64,000 nucleotides of DNA from a virus (Duplodnaviria > Caudoviricetes), in IMG/VR virus record IMGVR_UViG_3300010885_080481. The stretch is one strand, 5' to 3'. Under the pieces are notes generated by a model, which made no database searches, was not told where the DNA came from, and saw only the letters and a list, made by a program, of their open reading frames with translations. This document shows positions 9,501 through 19,702 of the stretch, one piece after another; positions within the stretch are counted from its first letter, which is position 1, and every line of letters starts with the position of its first letter. The translations under genes and the position numbers were made by a program.

Positions 9501-10936
9501 AAAGGATTAAGAATCTAGGAGAAAGTATCAAAATTACTCCTGAACAGCTTAGAGGTTTGGTTGATCCTACTACCGGTATGGCGATTAGCCTCGAAGATCT
9601 AGAGGCTCTAAAGACCACCGGCGGGGAATCAGCCGTTGCAGAAGCTTTAGCTGCAGCAGCTGTTTCAACCGATCCTAACGCTCTCAAAAAATCCATGGCT
9701 GATAAACAAAAAGAACAAGCTGATGCGATTGGGGCAGCCCGTCGCGAAGCGCTTGAAGCATTGGATCTTGGTTCAGATTTCAGTGTGAAGAACGTTGAAG
9801 AATCGATAAAGAAAGTCGAAGATCTCACGAAAAATCTAGATGAAGGTTTGCTGAACAAAGTTACTGAATCTATAAAAAAGATTAGAGAAAAATTTGATTC
9901 GGCTGATTTTAGAATATTTACCGACCCCAAAAAAAGCGATGAGATAACTCAAACAGCTATAGATCTTAAAATGATTAATTCTGTTTTCGTAGGCATAGCT
10001 GATGCCGCCGATAATATGGAGAATATCCCAAAAGCAGCTGCGAAATTAGCTCAACTTCCTGAAAATGCCAAGTCTTATGGTACAAGTATTACAAAAATAA
10101 AAGACACGTTGTTCGGTTCCGAAGGAATAATTACAAAAATTGTTGATATTAAAGGTTCAGCTGAAAAATACGTCCCTCAAATTGAAAGCACAAACGAAAC
10201 GATTGGAAAGATAAAAGACGGTGTGGATGGCGCCGCGACTTCTATAGGAACAATCATGGATGCTTTACCGAAATTGCAACGTGGCGGTGGATTGTCAAGC
10301 GCATTCTCAGCTATAGATACTATCGCTAAGTCTTCCGGTAACCTGAAGGGTGAATATGAGGCTGGATCCGCAGTGAAGGACAAAGTCGCTTCAGCTATGG
10401 CGGCCGCCAAGGTGGCAATGACCGAAGCAGCATCTAGTATGCCGAGTTTGGTGACCGCTTCAACGGACTTGTCAAAGATCCTCACGGACGACGTCAACAG
10501 ATCCATTGACGGAACTGCCAACAGGGTCGCTCAACTGTTTGCGTCTCTAGAGAAATTTATAGCAACGACAGCCAAACCGCTCGTCGCGCAGCAAGCTCAG
10601 GAGCTCGGCGCCAAGGTCAAGTCGATGGTTGATGCCATCAACGAGCTTAACACCGCGATGACTGACATCAAGATTGGCGAAAATGGTGAAGTCAACGTTA
10701 AGATGAAAAACCTAGCCAAGGGCATCAACAAGGCGGATCACAAGTACACAATAGAGAAGAAGAACGCCATCATTAACTTGTCAGTCAGTGTGTCAATGTC
10801 GGTGACCGATGTCGAGAGCATGCTCATAAAGAACCCGAACTCGCTGATTAGACTCCGTATCAACGAAGCTCTCAAACCGCTTGATAAAAAAATTAGCGAC
10901 AGCGGGGGATCCACTGTCCCCGCCGACATAGTATGA
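6539..10936 (+). CDS. Tape measure protein (1465 aa)
   Basis: Long Ala/Leu/Lys-rich helical protein downstream of tube and chaperones, with central hydrophobic segments (IALFALGPTIANL; LGLAVGASVAIVAGAAY). Confidence 0.8.
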   Translation: MAPPGGGTGGGSGGGGGINPDIIRSLTELLGSSNTNLERMLENLGRLGASSQSLTGLAGAAQELSDHLGGLGRSLTDLQRLLGRVNDQSKKQSSILKMMGSAWKTFGAAVKGAMNILSGLTDVISTVGGALWDLGAAIIAAPFEMLNWLIKKSKQVIGSGTEIAEAYEKIREQFGDLTKGTSKDVIDFGKSMATGMITPTLSARRVFGSLAESLNKALEVAQAAPATFQLLSDQFEKNGLEIMAMANGLGLGNEELTALQQRAIATGTSLVDLESEITKYAKGMSAQFGLNSKAMSRDMGRALKDVKHFANSTVKEIAQATTYAHKLGLELKDITGVLDKFNTFDEAAENVSKLSQAFGINVDAMKLVEAKSPADALDMIKQAMAAAGKSADQMNRQELQLLASTVGMSEEQVRMAFSMKNSGVSMDKVKQSGTGLEHQMMSTSEAVASLADDMKRVVKAGQQPAGDSFFEIFVEGFLEGIDTSKTFLSLLQAVMKDMYIVRDAGRQLGRAFIENFPGVKDFINGLKEMLNPTAIKGLMSNVVNIFKDFFDQLNKGTADTGKLFDSLVDGFTNFAEKTSGGSQMLKGLKNIWKAVERIISTGIDWLSNKLKTGLEFIVKLLSGDFNNAIANAAEAAPGAIGDALGGAGGAIAESPISKAFISAFQKLSGPLEKIFDLLWDKIVAKLGNVLKQYKWEIALFALGPTIANLTVSAISGALSNPGVISAFSKLGPLLANPLGLAVGASVAIVAGAAYTINKDLENYQNNLRRDAALTLKAEKEKNKTFLDQNATIEQQITLLRARAAEGDKNAAAEANRLEKEQEATRQQRLSGQGKSTEDALRPAIKELGSTVNINEEKMEEFLDRAQAQVTDSIASRVKGAAGKQAETLRQMENEFYMTSGSPELSAQGQALLEKMKSDVTIRERLLKATVDELDTENLELLKDILPEYDEIDFSSSDASIIKLAGMRMNAEDAAAKEAAAESQESVSKRIKNLGESIKITPEQLRGLVDPTTGMAISLEDLEALKTTGGESAVAEALAAAAVSTDPNALKKSMADKQKEQADAIGAARREALEALDLGSDFSVKNVEESIKKVEDLTKNLDEGLLNKVTESIKKIREKFDSADFRIFTDPKKSDEITQTAIDLKMINSVFVGIADAADNMENIPKAAAKLAQLPENAKSYGTSITKIKDTLFGSEGIITKIVDIKGSAEKYVPQIESTNETIGKIKDGVDGAATSIGTIMDALPKLQRGGGLSSAFSAIDTIAKSSGNLKGEYEAGSAVKDKVASAMAAAKVAMTEAASSMPSLVTASTDLSKILTDDVNRSIDGTANRVAQLFASLEKFIATTAKPLVAQQAQELGAKVKSMVDAINELNTAMTDIKIGENGEVNVKMKNLAKGINKADHKYTIEKKNAIINLSVSVSMSVTDVESMLIKNPNSLIRLRINEALKPLDKKISDSGGSTVPADIV

Positions 10937-10959
10937 TATTTTCATCTTAAGAGGAAAGC

Positions 10960-11241
10960 ATGTCCAAGATACCCACGAAAGAAGAATACTTCAAGACTCT
11001 CAGGAGTCACAAGGTTTACTCAGCGATTTTGAAGAAAGCGCCTGATGATGCCGCCCGCCGACAGATCATATCAACGGTTGAGTACATAGCCAGTTCTCTT
11101 TTCGATGGAGTATTACCAGTTATGGCGACTGCGACATCGAACCCCGAGTCTGCTGAGAAGATTTCTGAGGCGTTGAAGACGGGTGACAACATAATTAAAG
11201 AAAGCGACGGAGCTCCCATCGCGCCGAAGTCGAAAGAGTAG
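10960..11241 (+). CDS. Hypothetical tail-module protein
   Basis: 93 aa with a GAGG SD, packed between tape measure and the next gene. Confidence 0.65.
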   Translation: MSKIPTKEEYFKTLRSHKVYSAILKKAPDDAARRQIISTVEYIASSLFDGVLPVMATATSNPESAEKISEALKTGDNIIKESDGAPIAPKSKE

Positions 11242-11250
11242 AGGTAGGTT

Positions 11251-14200
11251 ATGTCTGGCATCAAGACAGGGAACAAGGGTTTCGTCAATCCGGTCGACAA
11301 CAAGGTCTATACCATAGACACGGTTGCTCAGGGCGCCGATGGGACGAACAAGGCTCCTCTCCCGAATTTGGATCCAGGTAACATGACCGTAGACAACACG
11401 GTTAAAGACATCGGTAAGATCACCAGGGTCACCTTGGGGACTTATCTGAGCAAGATGACGAAGGGTGAAGTTGGTTCTGCCAAGAAATCCAATGCTTATA
11501 CGATTGATGCGTCCAACGCCTCCACGCCGCAATCTTCAATCACGACGTCTACCGGATACCCTGTCCCTCTAGCACCTTCCAATAACACTTCACAATTTAA
11601 ACAGATATTGCCAAGCGCAATTTCCGACAATTATTCTGTCATTGCTTCAGACATCAAGAAAGGCAGCGTCGAAGGTACGGGCGTAGATGGCAACAAGCTA
11701 TTACGAGGTGCCACAGCCGACGATTCATCGACCCAGCTGGTTTCGGGAGGTCCCGTCGATGAGTACACCGCCGAAGTTTTAGACGCGAATAGATGGGATC
11801 CATCATCTGAGTTCACGGGAGGCGTCGATCCTTCAGCTGTTCCTAACAACTTTGATGTTGCGTTACAATCAGTCGCAACAGCAGTGCTACCTTCCTCGGA
11901 GGCAACAGATCCCTCAAACGCAGTTTACAAACTTGATCTCGGTATAGCAGCTTCTGTAGGACCAGTTAAGACAGCAAATAATGATTTTCCCGTTGCACCA
12001 AATCCCAATAACGCGTTACAGCTCGTCGCAATCACGACGAATGAGGTTCCATCACCTTTAACGCCGCAACAAGGCGCCCCCGTCTTCGCGCCGAACATCG
12101 GAAATTCTTACACCAACGACTATACTGAACTAAAGGTAAATGCGCAGGATGGATTGCAAAAGGGATCAACTTCGGTTGAAGGTCCTAATGGCAATGAATT
12201 TCTTTCTAAGACAGAGTTGCAATCTGGCCAAATAATTGCGCCCACACCTCTCGTCAACTACACACAATCGGCGATTACCCCAAATATTAGAGCCGTCGGA
12301 GGACCTGGATTTTCGCAAGGCGAAGATATCGCAAGTCCGTCTTCGGCGTTTAATCCGTCGCTGCAATCGATCGCAACGATGGTGACACCTGCTGAAGAAG
12401 CTATAGATTCTTCGAACGCAAAATATGAATTAGATCTAAGGTTAGCTTCACAAAAACCTGGGTATGACACATCATTTGAAAAAAATGTATATCCCGTTTC
12501 TACTCCTGATTTAGGACAGAATTTAGAAAATCTAGCTAGTACCACGACAGACAAATATCCGACGCCTTTGACGCCTGCGGAGAATGCTAATCTTTACGTT
12601 CACGCTCCCAAGCTTCAATCAAGTGAATCTGACACGTTCATACAATATGGCGAGGGAATCAACAAAGGCAAGAGTAAAGAACCTGGATTCGATGGAAACA
12701 GCCTTTTAAGCAGCGAGATAAAACAGAATGATCAAGGTGTCACGAAGCTACCAGCGAACCTTGAATCTTACACGTATCACATGACTGATCAAAACAATCA
12801 GTCTCCAAGTAAACCTTTATTGCAGTCAGAGATTGACCTGACCGCTCCGCCACCAAACTATGAAACGAAGTTAACTTACATCACTGAAAAAGGTCAACAC
12901 CAAGATGCTCCTCAGCTGAATCTGACTCTTGATGCGTTGAGAATTGTTGGTGCCGCGAAAACCGCAGAAGCCAAAAATGAATACCCGGTCGATAAAAAGT
13001 TAAATGCATTAAATGCGATAACAGAAATAGATGGTTATCCCGTCCCGCTTGCCGATACGGAAAATTCTAAAAAATTTGCTCAAAGAAGTGAGATAGCTCC
13101 TGTTCCCAACGAAACCGTAAAGTTCAATAAAGGGAAAGGCAACGGCGAGTGGAACGGTAACAACATCTTAAAAGATGTTACTGGCAACTTGTATATTGCT
13201 CCCGCTCCTGGAAGTCGTGGTGGCGTTTTACCTGGCGGATCCGCCGTCGAGGATAAAACAAGCCCGAATAATCCGATTAAAGAATATAAGATAGATGATC
13301 ATAAAAGATCTTCTGGAAAAGTTTCTCCTTTTGCCTTAGGAAATTCTAGATTCATTTCTAAGTCTCAGTTTGTCTATGATTCTCAACCTATTCCTGAATT
13401 TAATCCGATCATTTATCAACATGGTGTTGTCGAGAAACGAGGCGTTTCCACCCTAAAAATGGCAAAAATTGGTGTAGGTTTGTCACAGCGAGCGTCCACG
13501 GAAATTCCTGGATGGCCTGGTGGTCCTGGAAAAGATGGCCAATTTGATCCGACGGGCGGCTCCGCCGAAGCTGGTGCGTTGCTACCTTCCGTTTCGCAAT
13601 TAGGAATTTTAAAAGTAAACAATAACTTGTTGTCGGCAAAAGATGTTTTAGATTCCATTATTGATGCCTCCGATTACGATCCTGATGCCTTGGTGGAGAT
13701 CGCTCCATTTGGAGGACAATCATGGGGAAATTTGAACAACATATCTGAACCGTTCAGCGATGGATCTAACAGCATAGGCTTATTTTTAACGATGCTTGCG
13801 CTTGTTATAGCAATCGTAGTGTTGTTTAGCTTGATCGCTTTTATAGTTCCGAACGGTGAGAGATCAGGGACGTTTTCAGAAAAAGGCGAAAGAACGTTGG
13901 GTAAATACCTGTTTAAGCCCAAATCAGAAAATTCATGGCTTTCTTTGTTGCCATCTCCAGCTGAGATATTCGGTATAAAGCAAACGATAAATTCTTTTGA
14001 TTCTTCTTTGCTTGCTGGAACATATTCTTTCTTTTTAGGCGCAGAAAATGCGGACGCATCTATAATAGATCTAATCGCAGGATTGGCGACAAGCGGATTG
14101 GATCAATTACTAAAAGACAATAATTCCGTCGGTGCCAACGTTGTTGTCTGCAGAACGATAATTCGTTCAGGTTTGGTAATGGCTGAACAAATATCAAATG

Positions 14201-15771
14201 TAATTAAAAAGTCTCAATTATCAGCAGTCGCCGGAGTAAAGGCCTCAATTAACCTCCTTAGGGCCTTTCGTTCATCGAAATTAATATCTGCCATCAACGT
14301 ATTTTCCGCCTTAGGCGATCAATTGCTGAATTCAAGACGACAAACTGCGAAAGTAACTGGTCCTGACGGCAAAGAGGTGACAATCGAATTGACTCCTGCC
14401 AACGAGTTGATGCATTCCGCTGTTAGAAAGCACAGATTAACGACCTATGAAGTCGTTTCGGGCGGCGGTCTGCTGAATCCTGAAACAGCGAATAAAACCG
14501 CGGCAAAGCAGTACGATCCGACCTTGGCTTGGAGCTCTCAGCGAGCACCTTCGATGTATCTGCTGCCTCCTGCCATCACAAATTTACAGCTTAATGATGC
14601 TGCCAACGTCCTAGGTTCATTCAAAGGTGTTTCCGCGTTAGATAATGACAAGGCCGTTATAGCTGCTCAGCGAGTCAATAACAGGATCAGCGACGCTGAC
14701 AGGAAGATCTTCGAGTCCCGCCTCGAGGCAGAGTATGTTCCCTTTTATTTTCATGACGTCAGAACCAACGAAATTATATCATTCCACGCGTTCCTGGCTT
14801 CTATAGGAGACAGCTTCAACATTGCTTACGATTCTGTCGAGGCCTTTGGCCGCGTAGAACCCATCAAGATTTACAAATCAACAACTCGTAAGATTGACAT
14901 GAGCTTTTACCTTATCTCTACTTCAGTGACGGATTTTGATCACATGTGGCATAAGATCAATAAATTAACCACAATGATCTATCCACAATACACGAAAGGA
15001 AGGTTGCTGACGACTGAAGGCGCACAAATGAGAGCTCCATTCAGCCAACTCGTCGGCGCATCTCCCTTGATAAGAATCAGGCTCGGTGATCTCTTCAAGT
15101 CCAACTATTCTCGATTCGCATTGGCCCGTCTCTTCGGCGCAGCCGACGGGGACATGAAAACAACGCCACAAAGCGCCGAACTAACTCCTGTCGAATTTTC
15201 TCCACCAGATCCGAAAAAATATATTGCGGATTTGAAAAAATTCAATGATCGAAAGGGGAGTCCAACAAAGGGTGACACAGGATTTTTGCGATCAAATTCA
15301 GGCAAACCTATAACGGTAACCGCCGTGGAGCTCGGCGGGACAGAGTTCCGTTATAAGTCTCAGGAGTCGCAAACAGAAAAATTAGCGTTTAATTCTGAAT
15401 TCATCCCAGACGCAGATACGGAGCAAAAAATAGTAAAAGAAATATTCGGCGAGACGTCTGCTTATTCTGCATTGACAGAATTCATGAATCCCACGGGCAA
15501 TGCAATTGTTAAGTCATTTGAATCAGCAGGTGGCAAAGGTCTCGCAGGCTTCATAGACAATATGTCATTTGATTGGTATGACAAGGTGACGTGGGAGATA
15601 GATTCTGGTCGCACGGCCCCGAAGATGTGTAAGATCATCATATCGTTCTCACCAGTGCACGACATAACTCCTGGTATTGATCACCTCGGGTATAATCGTG
15701 CTCCGATCTATGGCGTCGGCGCCGCCATGAATTCAACTTCTGCCACGTTTAGTGATCCCGGGGGCAGATGA
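11251..15771 (+). CDS. Large baseplate / tube-initiator-like protein with N-terminal repeats (1506 aa)
   Basis: The C-terminal part (YVPFYFHD...ISFHAF...DSF...GRVEPIKIYKSTTRKIDMSF; KGLAGFI...FDW) resembles tube-fold initiator proteins. It also has four degenerate repeats of about 165 aa and one hydrophobic helix. Confidence 0.6.
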   Translation: MSGIKTGNKGFVNPVDNKVYTIDTVAQGADGTNKAPLPNLDPGNMTVDNTVKDIGKITRVTLGTYLSKMTKGEVGSAKKSNAYTIDASNASTPQSSITTSTGYPVPLAPSNNTSQFKQILPSAISDNYSVIASDIKKGSVEGTGVDGNKLLRGATADDSSTQLVSGGPVDEYTAEVLDANRWDPSSEFTGGVDPSAVPNNFDVALQSVATAVLPSSEATDPSNAVYKLDLGIAASVGPVKTANNDFPVAPNPNNALQLVAITTNEVPSPLTPQQGAPVFAPNIGNSYTNDYTELKVNAQDGLQKGSTSVEGPNGNEFLSKTELQSGQIIAPTPLVNYTQSAITPNIRAVGGPGFSQGEDIASPSSAFNPSLQSIATMVTPAEEAIDSSNAKYELDLRLASQKPGYDTSFEKNVYPVSTPDLGQNLENLASTTTDKYPTPLTPAENANLYVHAPKLQSSESDTFIQYGEGINKGKSKEPGFDGNSLLSSEIKQNDQGVTKLPANLESYTYHMTDQNNQSPSKPLLQSEIDLTAPPPNYETKLTYITEKGQHQDAPQLNLTLDALRIVGAAKTAEAKNEYPVDKKLNALNAITEIDGYPVPLADTENSKKFAQRSEIAPVPNETVKFNKGKGNGEWNGNNILKDVTGNLYIAPAPGSRGGVLPGGSAVEDKTSPNNPIKEYKIDDHKRSSGKVSPFALGNSRFISKSQFVYDSQPIPEFNPIIYQHGVVEKRGVSTLKMAKIGVGLSQRASTEIPGWPGGPGKDGQFDPTGGSAEAGALLPSVSQLGILKVNNNLLSAKDVLDSIIDASDYDPDALVEIAPFGGQSWGNLNNISEPFSDGSNSIGLFLTMLALVIAIVVLFSLIAFIVPNGERSGTFSEKGERTLGKYLFKPKSENSWLSLLPSPAEIFGIKQTINSFDSSLLAGTYSFFLGAENADASIIDLIAGLATSGLDQLLKDNNSVGANVVVCRTIIRSGLVMAEQISNVIKKSQLSAVAGVKASINLLRAFRSSKLISAINVFSALGDQLLNSRRQTAKVTGPDGKEVTIELTPANELMHSAVRKHRLTTYEVVSGGGLLNPETANKTAAKQYDPTLAWSSQRAPSMYLLPPAITNLQLNDAANVLGSFKGVSALDNDKAVIAAQRVNNRISDADRKIFESRLEAEYVPFYFHDVRTNEIISFHAFLASIGDSFNIAYDSVEAFGRVEPIKIYKSTTRKIDMSFYLISTSVTDFDHMWHKINKLTTMIYPQYTKGRLLTTEGAQMRAPFSQLVGASPLIRIRLGDLFKSNYSRFALARLFGAADGDMKTTPQSAELTPVEFSPPDPKKYIADLKKFNDRKGSPTKGDTGFLRSNSGKPITVTAVELGGTEFRYKSQESQTEKLAFNSEFIPDADTEQKIVKEIFGETSAYSALTEFMNPTGNAIVKSFESAGGKGLAGFIDNMSFDWYDKVTWEIDSGRTAPKMCKIIISFSPVHDITPGIDHLGYNRAPIYGVGAAMNSTSATFSDPGGR
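11488..13175 (+). repeat. Four degenerate protein-level repeats, period about 165 aa
   Basis: N-x-(Y/F) at aa about 80, 243, 411 and 575, each followed by (Y/V)PxPL(A/T)(P/D), KG and (D/N)GNx(L/F/I)L. Confidence 0.7.
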
Positions 15772-15789
15772 TATTAAAGGGCAAATAAA

Positions 15790-16086
15790 ATGGCAATTTC
15801 TAGGTATCAAAATGCTCCTCTTCTATCATTAGGATCGCAATACGGAACTTCAAACGCGGTTTCTATCATTCGCCGAGGAGTCACAACCGGATTCATCCCA
15901 ATCACGACGACTGTCGTTCTACAAGGCAATCAAAGGTTGGATCATCTTGCTGCAATTTATTATAAAGATTCTAGGTACTGGTGGGTCCTCGCCGCCGCGA
16001 GCGATGTAGGTTGGGGTTTACAATTACCACCAGGAACTGTAATTTCGGTTCCTGATCTGCAAGAAGTCATTAACGCGCTAGGATAA
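15790..16086 (+). CDS. LysM-like baseplate wedge / tail X protein
   Basis: MAISRY start, RLDHLAAIYY...YWWVLA and LPPGTVISVP. Typical size and position. Confidence 0.8.
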   Translation: MAISRYQNAPLLSLGSQYGTSNAVSIIRRGVTTGFIPITTTVVLQGNQRLDHLAAIYYKDSRYWWVLAAASDVGWGLQLPPGTVISVPDLQEVINALG

Positions 16087-16092
16087 GTCTGA

Positions 16093-19000
16093 ATGGCTAA
16101 TAACCAAAAATCAATCATAGATTTTTACAGAGACTTTGAAACGACTGGCATTCAAGGCGCCCGCATCATTTCTCGAAGCTTTAACGGGAAGTTGCAAAAT
16201 CCCGACGTGACTTTTGAGAAAATTTTCAAGCTGTTGTATCCTGATTCTGCGGCCTTAGGTTCAGCAGAAGAAATGTGGAACGTGCTGAAAGAATTAGGTA
16301 CTGCTCCTCCCGCCTCTCAGCAAGGCAACACATCTCCTGATAACGAAACCGCGAAAGAAATCACAAAATTATTAAGAATATATCATACCTCCTTCAAAGG
16401 TGATGCACCTTTGAGTAGTGAAATAAGAAAATTTTATGTGGAAGGTGGACGTCCATCAGCATACAAGGCGTACAACGCTTCAGACGGTGGGTATCTAATA
16501 GTAGATAATCCCTTGTTTGCGATTGGAAATGCAGCAAAATCATCATCCAGCGATTCATCTACAAATGGACCGTCTTTGACGTACATTCTTCTCGATACCC
16601 CTAACATTGATATAAAGTTAAGAAATGCTGACAAAGCCTCTGCTTTTCTGAACTATGTGCCTTCTATAATAGCATCGCAGCTCCAGCCTTATCTAGACGT
16701 GGAGTTCAATTTATCCAGAAATACCACGAAAGAAACCTCGACAGACAAGCGTCTGTCTAGCATGAGTCAGTTAAAGTTTCTCATGGGACCTGAAGCGATT
16801 CAACCTGGTTCTGCAAACGATAAAATTCATGAGGCTTCATTAAAAAGATCAAAATCTCCAGCGCCCGCCGCGGAAGCCACCCGTAAAGACTTGATAATTC
16901 AACAGTTAGAAGGTCAGTATGCCGCTTGGCAGCTCGCGAAGAAACAGTATGAAGACACTGTGAAGACGACCGTCAAAAATGCGGACGGAAAGCTCGGACT
17001 AGGTAAAGCTGCTTATCCTGTCGATCCTCCCACTGATCCCAACAACGCTGCCGCCGTCGCGGCATATATTAAAAGTATCGACTCAGGTAACAATGTTCCT
17101 AATGCTCCTAAAATCGACGGTAAAGAGGTGTTGACTGCAGGCATTGAATTGTTCACTATGCCACAAACATTGTTGAATATGGACCCTCAATCCAGCGCTG
17201 GCCGATTTCAGCCTGTCATCAACCCCACGATGCCTTTTGGTGCAATAACTAACCTCACTATAGACATACGACCCTCAGTCGGAGTGATGTCTTTTAAGAC
17301 GGCGACGCTGACGTTGAAGATTTTTGACAGGTCTAGGTTGGTCGAGATCGCAGACTTTCTCAATCCTAAGCTCTATCAAGCAGTGACATTGTGGTTGACT
17401 TACGGTTGGAGAGCTCCAATATTTCCTCTTCAATCGCGTCCTGGCTTGGCTAACGATATTAAGATATACGCAGATTTTATTAATGAGAGCATGCTGAGAA
17501 GAGAAGCCTACGGCGTGAGAAACGTTAGCGTGTCCACGGAACCCAATGGAGTCACAACAGTTACTTTGTCTCTTTTTACCCGCGGCGGAGCCGAACTGCT
17601 TGAGGTGAAGGATTCTCGTTCAGGTGATTTTGATAAGATAAGAGAAAAAATAGGGGCTGACTTAGAAGAGATTAAAACATTAACAAAGAAATTTGGGTTG
17701 CAAACGTTCGCCGATACAGGGAAAGAACTACGCGGATCGCAAGTCATCTCAGCAGCATTGGCCGGTGACATTATAGCCGTCGACACCAAAGAATTAAGCA
17801 ATATCGCGTCTTCTATAAAGAAAATATTAGAAGAAAAAGGTTTCGTTGAAGAGGCAGGAAGACTAGAGTCTTTGTTGAAGCAAGTTTATGGAAAATCTTC
17901 TGCAGATGGTAAAAGTCTCTTAGATGACAGACTAGAAGGAGCCGCACGGGGCCTCACAAGAAGCAGATTTTATGCTTTAGCAAAGGATGAAAGTAAACAG
18001 AGTGATGTATGGACCATTCCAAATGAGATCTCAGATGCAAACCAAACTAATAGAGGCAAATTTGCTGATGAATCTGACACGCCTCGTCCTAATTTCTTAC
18101 AAACCCTACGTGCCGCTGACGTCGCTCGAAAAGATCAGGACTTGAGTAAAACATCGAAGGATCAAAGTGGCAATCAGTTTTTCGGCGGGTTTCGTAGCTT
18201 GTCGTTCGGCAGATTGTTCGCAAGTTATTTTTTTGATGTAGCTAGAGGATTAACTGATAGTAACGTTATTGATGATGTTCAAGTGATTTTTTACAACTTG
18301 AATTCTTTAGCAGGCCCCGTAGCAAATCTCAATATAGCAGAATTTCCAATAGAAATGGCACCTCTTGAAGAAGCTTATGCGAAAAAAGTCACCGAACAAA
18401 AAGGCGAAAACATGTCTTTCACGACCTTGTTAGAGGTGATAAAAGATTCTCAATTCAGCAGAATGCAGCATGCAGCTTATGGATTTCAATCTTATTTCGT
18501 TCCAGACAAAAAGACTGGTAAGCTAGTTCAGGATGAACGTAATAGCAAATTACTTTCCGAGGCTGTTCTCAAAAATTATGGCCTTCCTGGAGCTTTCTCG
18601 TTGCCGGCCATCGAATTTTACATAGAGACGAGCTTTGCCAACAGCAAATCAAAATTAGAAGTTGATCTTTTAGAGTCCATTGACTTTTCGCGCCGGGCGC
18701 CCACCGGCAACTTAACAAATAATGTCAAGAAGATAATGAGGATTCACGTCTACGACAAGTCGGCGATTCCTCACCAAGCCGCGACGCAAATACTCTCTTC
18801 TCCCAATGGATACATTGAGCTTGACTCGGAAGTGTATAGAGCGTTGCAAACGCAAAATAGAAATTCCGCAAGTGGCACAGCGGATGCAAGCAAAAAATTA
18901 CAACAATTAATTGATAGTTTGAAAACAAAAATAAAAAATATTAACGCCCTCCCCCCGAATCCTACTGACTCCAACGCGGACTTTGAAACTTTCAAAAAAA

Positions 19001-19620
19001 TAGCTGCAGAATTGAATCTACCTGAAGGCATTAGCAACGATGAAAAAAAGTTAAAAAGTTTATTCAACGTGTTTTCTTTTAAAGAAGGAGGGTCACCTTC
19101 TTTTGAAAAAGTGAAACGACAGATTGGGCGATTCGTTCCCACTATTACGATAGGTTCCAATGGATCGATGGTAGAAAGTTCCAACTATTCGACGGGCAAT
19201 GACGCTTTATTGAGCACGATCATGATGCTCAGAAATTCTCAAGCTGCTCCAAATCCTGCGCAACCAAATGGTTCCGGTGTGGGAGACTTGCCTCTTCGCA
19301 TCATCCCTGGCTCTTTAACGATCAATTCGTTGGGATGTCCTTTGGTCGAGTACATGCAACAATTCTTTGTTGACTTGGGTACAGGCACCACGGCTGATAA
19401 CCTTTACAACGTGACTGGATTGACTCATACATTCACTCCTGGGAAATTTAGCACGCAGATAAAGTTTACGTTCGCGGATGCTTATGGTCGCTACGAGAGC
19501 GCGCAGACCTTCATCGACGGCGTCACGGCTGAACTTACAAAGATGAGCAACGATCTTGAAAAATCTAAAAAAGCCGAAGAAGACAAAATTAAACAAAGAG
19601 GCGGTAAAAAAGTCGGGTAA
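16093..19620 (+). CDS. Baseplate hub protein (late control D / gp27-like, 1175 aa)
   Basis: Follows the LysM gene. Has a LTYGW motif and a C-terminal GCPLV..QQFFVDLGTG...NLYNVTGLTHTF.PGKFST. Confidence 0.65.
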   Translation: MANNQKSIIDFYRDFETTGIQGARIISRSFNGKLQNPDVTFEKIFKLLYPDSAALGSAEEMWNVLKELGTAPPASQQGNTSPDNETAKEITKLLRIYHTSFKGDAPLSSEIRKFYVEGGRPSAYKAYNASDGGYLIVDNPLFAIGNAAKSSSSDSSTNGPSLTYILLDTPNIDIKLRNADKASAFLNYVPSIIASQLQPYLDVEFNLSRNTTKETSTDKRLSSMSQLKFLMGPEAIQPGSANDKIHEASLKRSKSPAPAAEATRKDLIIQQLEGQYAAWQLAKKQYEDTVKTTVKNADGKLGLGKAAYPVDPPTDPNNAAAVAAYIKSIDSGNNVPNAPKIDGKEVLTAGIELFTMPQTLLNMDPQSSAGRFQPVINPTMPFGAITNLTIDIRPSVGVMSFKTATLTLKIFDRSRLVEIADFLNPKLYQAVTLWLTYGWRAPIFPLQSRPGLANDIKIYADFINESMLRREAYGVRNVSVSTEPNGVTTVTLSLFTRGGAELLEVKDSRSGDFDKIREKIGADLEEIKTLTKKFGLQTFADTGKELRGSQVISAALAGDIIAVDTKELSNIASSIKKILEEKGFVEEAGRLESLLKQVYGKSSADGKSLLDDRLEGAARGLTRSRFYALAKDESKQSDVWTIPNEISDANQTNRGKFADESDTPRPNFLQTLRAADVARKDQDLSKTSKDQSGNQFFGGFRSLSFGRLFASYFFDVARGLTDSNVIDDVQVIFYNLNSLAGPVANLNIAEFPIEMAPLEEAYAKKVTEQKGENMSFTTLLEVIKDSQFSRMQHAAYGFQSYFVPDKKTGKLVQDERNSKLLSEAVLKNYGLPGAFSLPAIEFYIETSFANSKSKLEVDLLESIDFSRRAPTGNLTNNVKKIMRIHVYDKSAIPHQAATQILSSPNGYIELDSEVYRALQTQNRNSASGTADASKKLQQLIDSLKTKIKNINALPPNPTDSNADFETFKKIAAELNLPEGISNDEKKLKSLFNVFSFKEGGSPSFEKVKRQIGRFVPTITIGSNGSMVESSNYSTGNDALLSTIMMLRNSQAAPNPAQPNGSGVGDLPLRIIPGSLTINSLGCPLVEYMQQFFVDLGTGTTADNLYNVTGLTHTFTPGKFSTQIKFTFADAYGRYESAQTFIDGVTAELTKMSNDLEKSKKAEEDKIKQRGGKKVG

Positions 19621-19702
19621 CATACTCTCACCTCAGCTTAATAAAATTTCAATAAAGATATAAGTTTTGAAATTCGACAATCTCTGGTTGTAGATTGCAT
19701 TA

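Noticed and set aside
2-19620. Bacterial extracellular contractile injection system (multiple sheaths)
   Set aside because: The module is contiguous with a phage replication block, has a long tape measure, and has no host housekeeping genes nearby.
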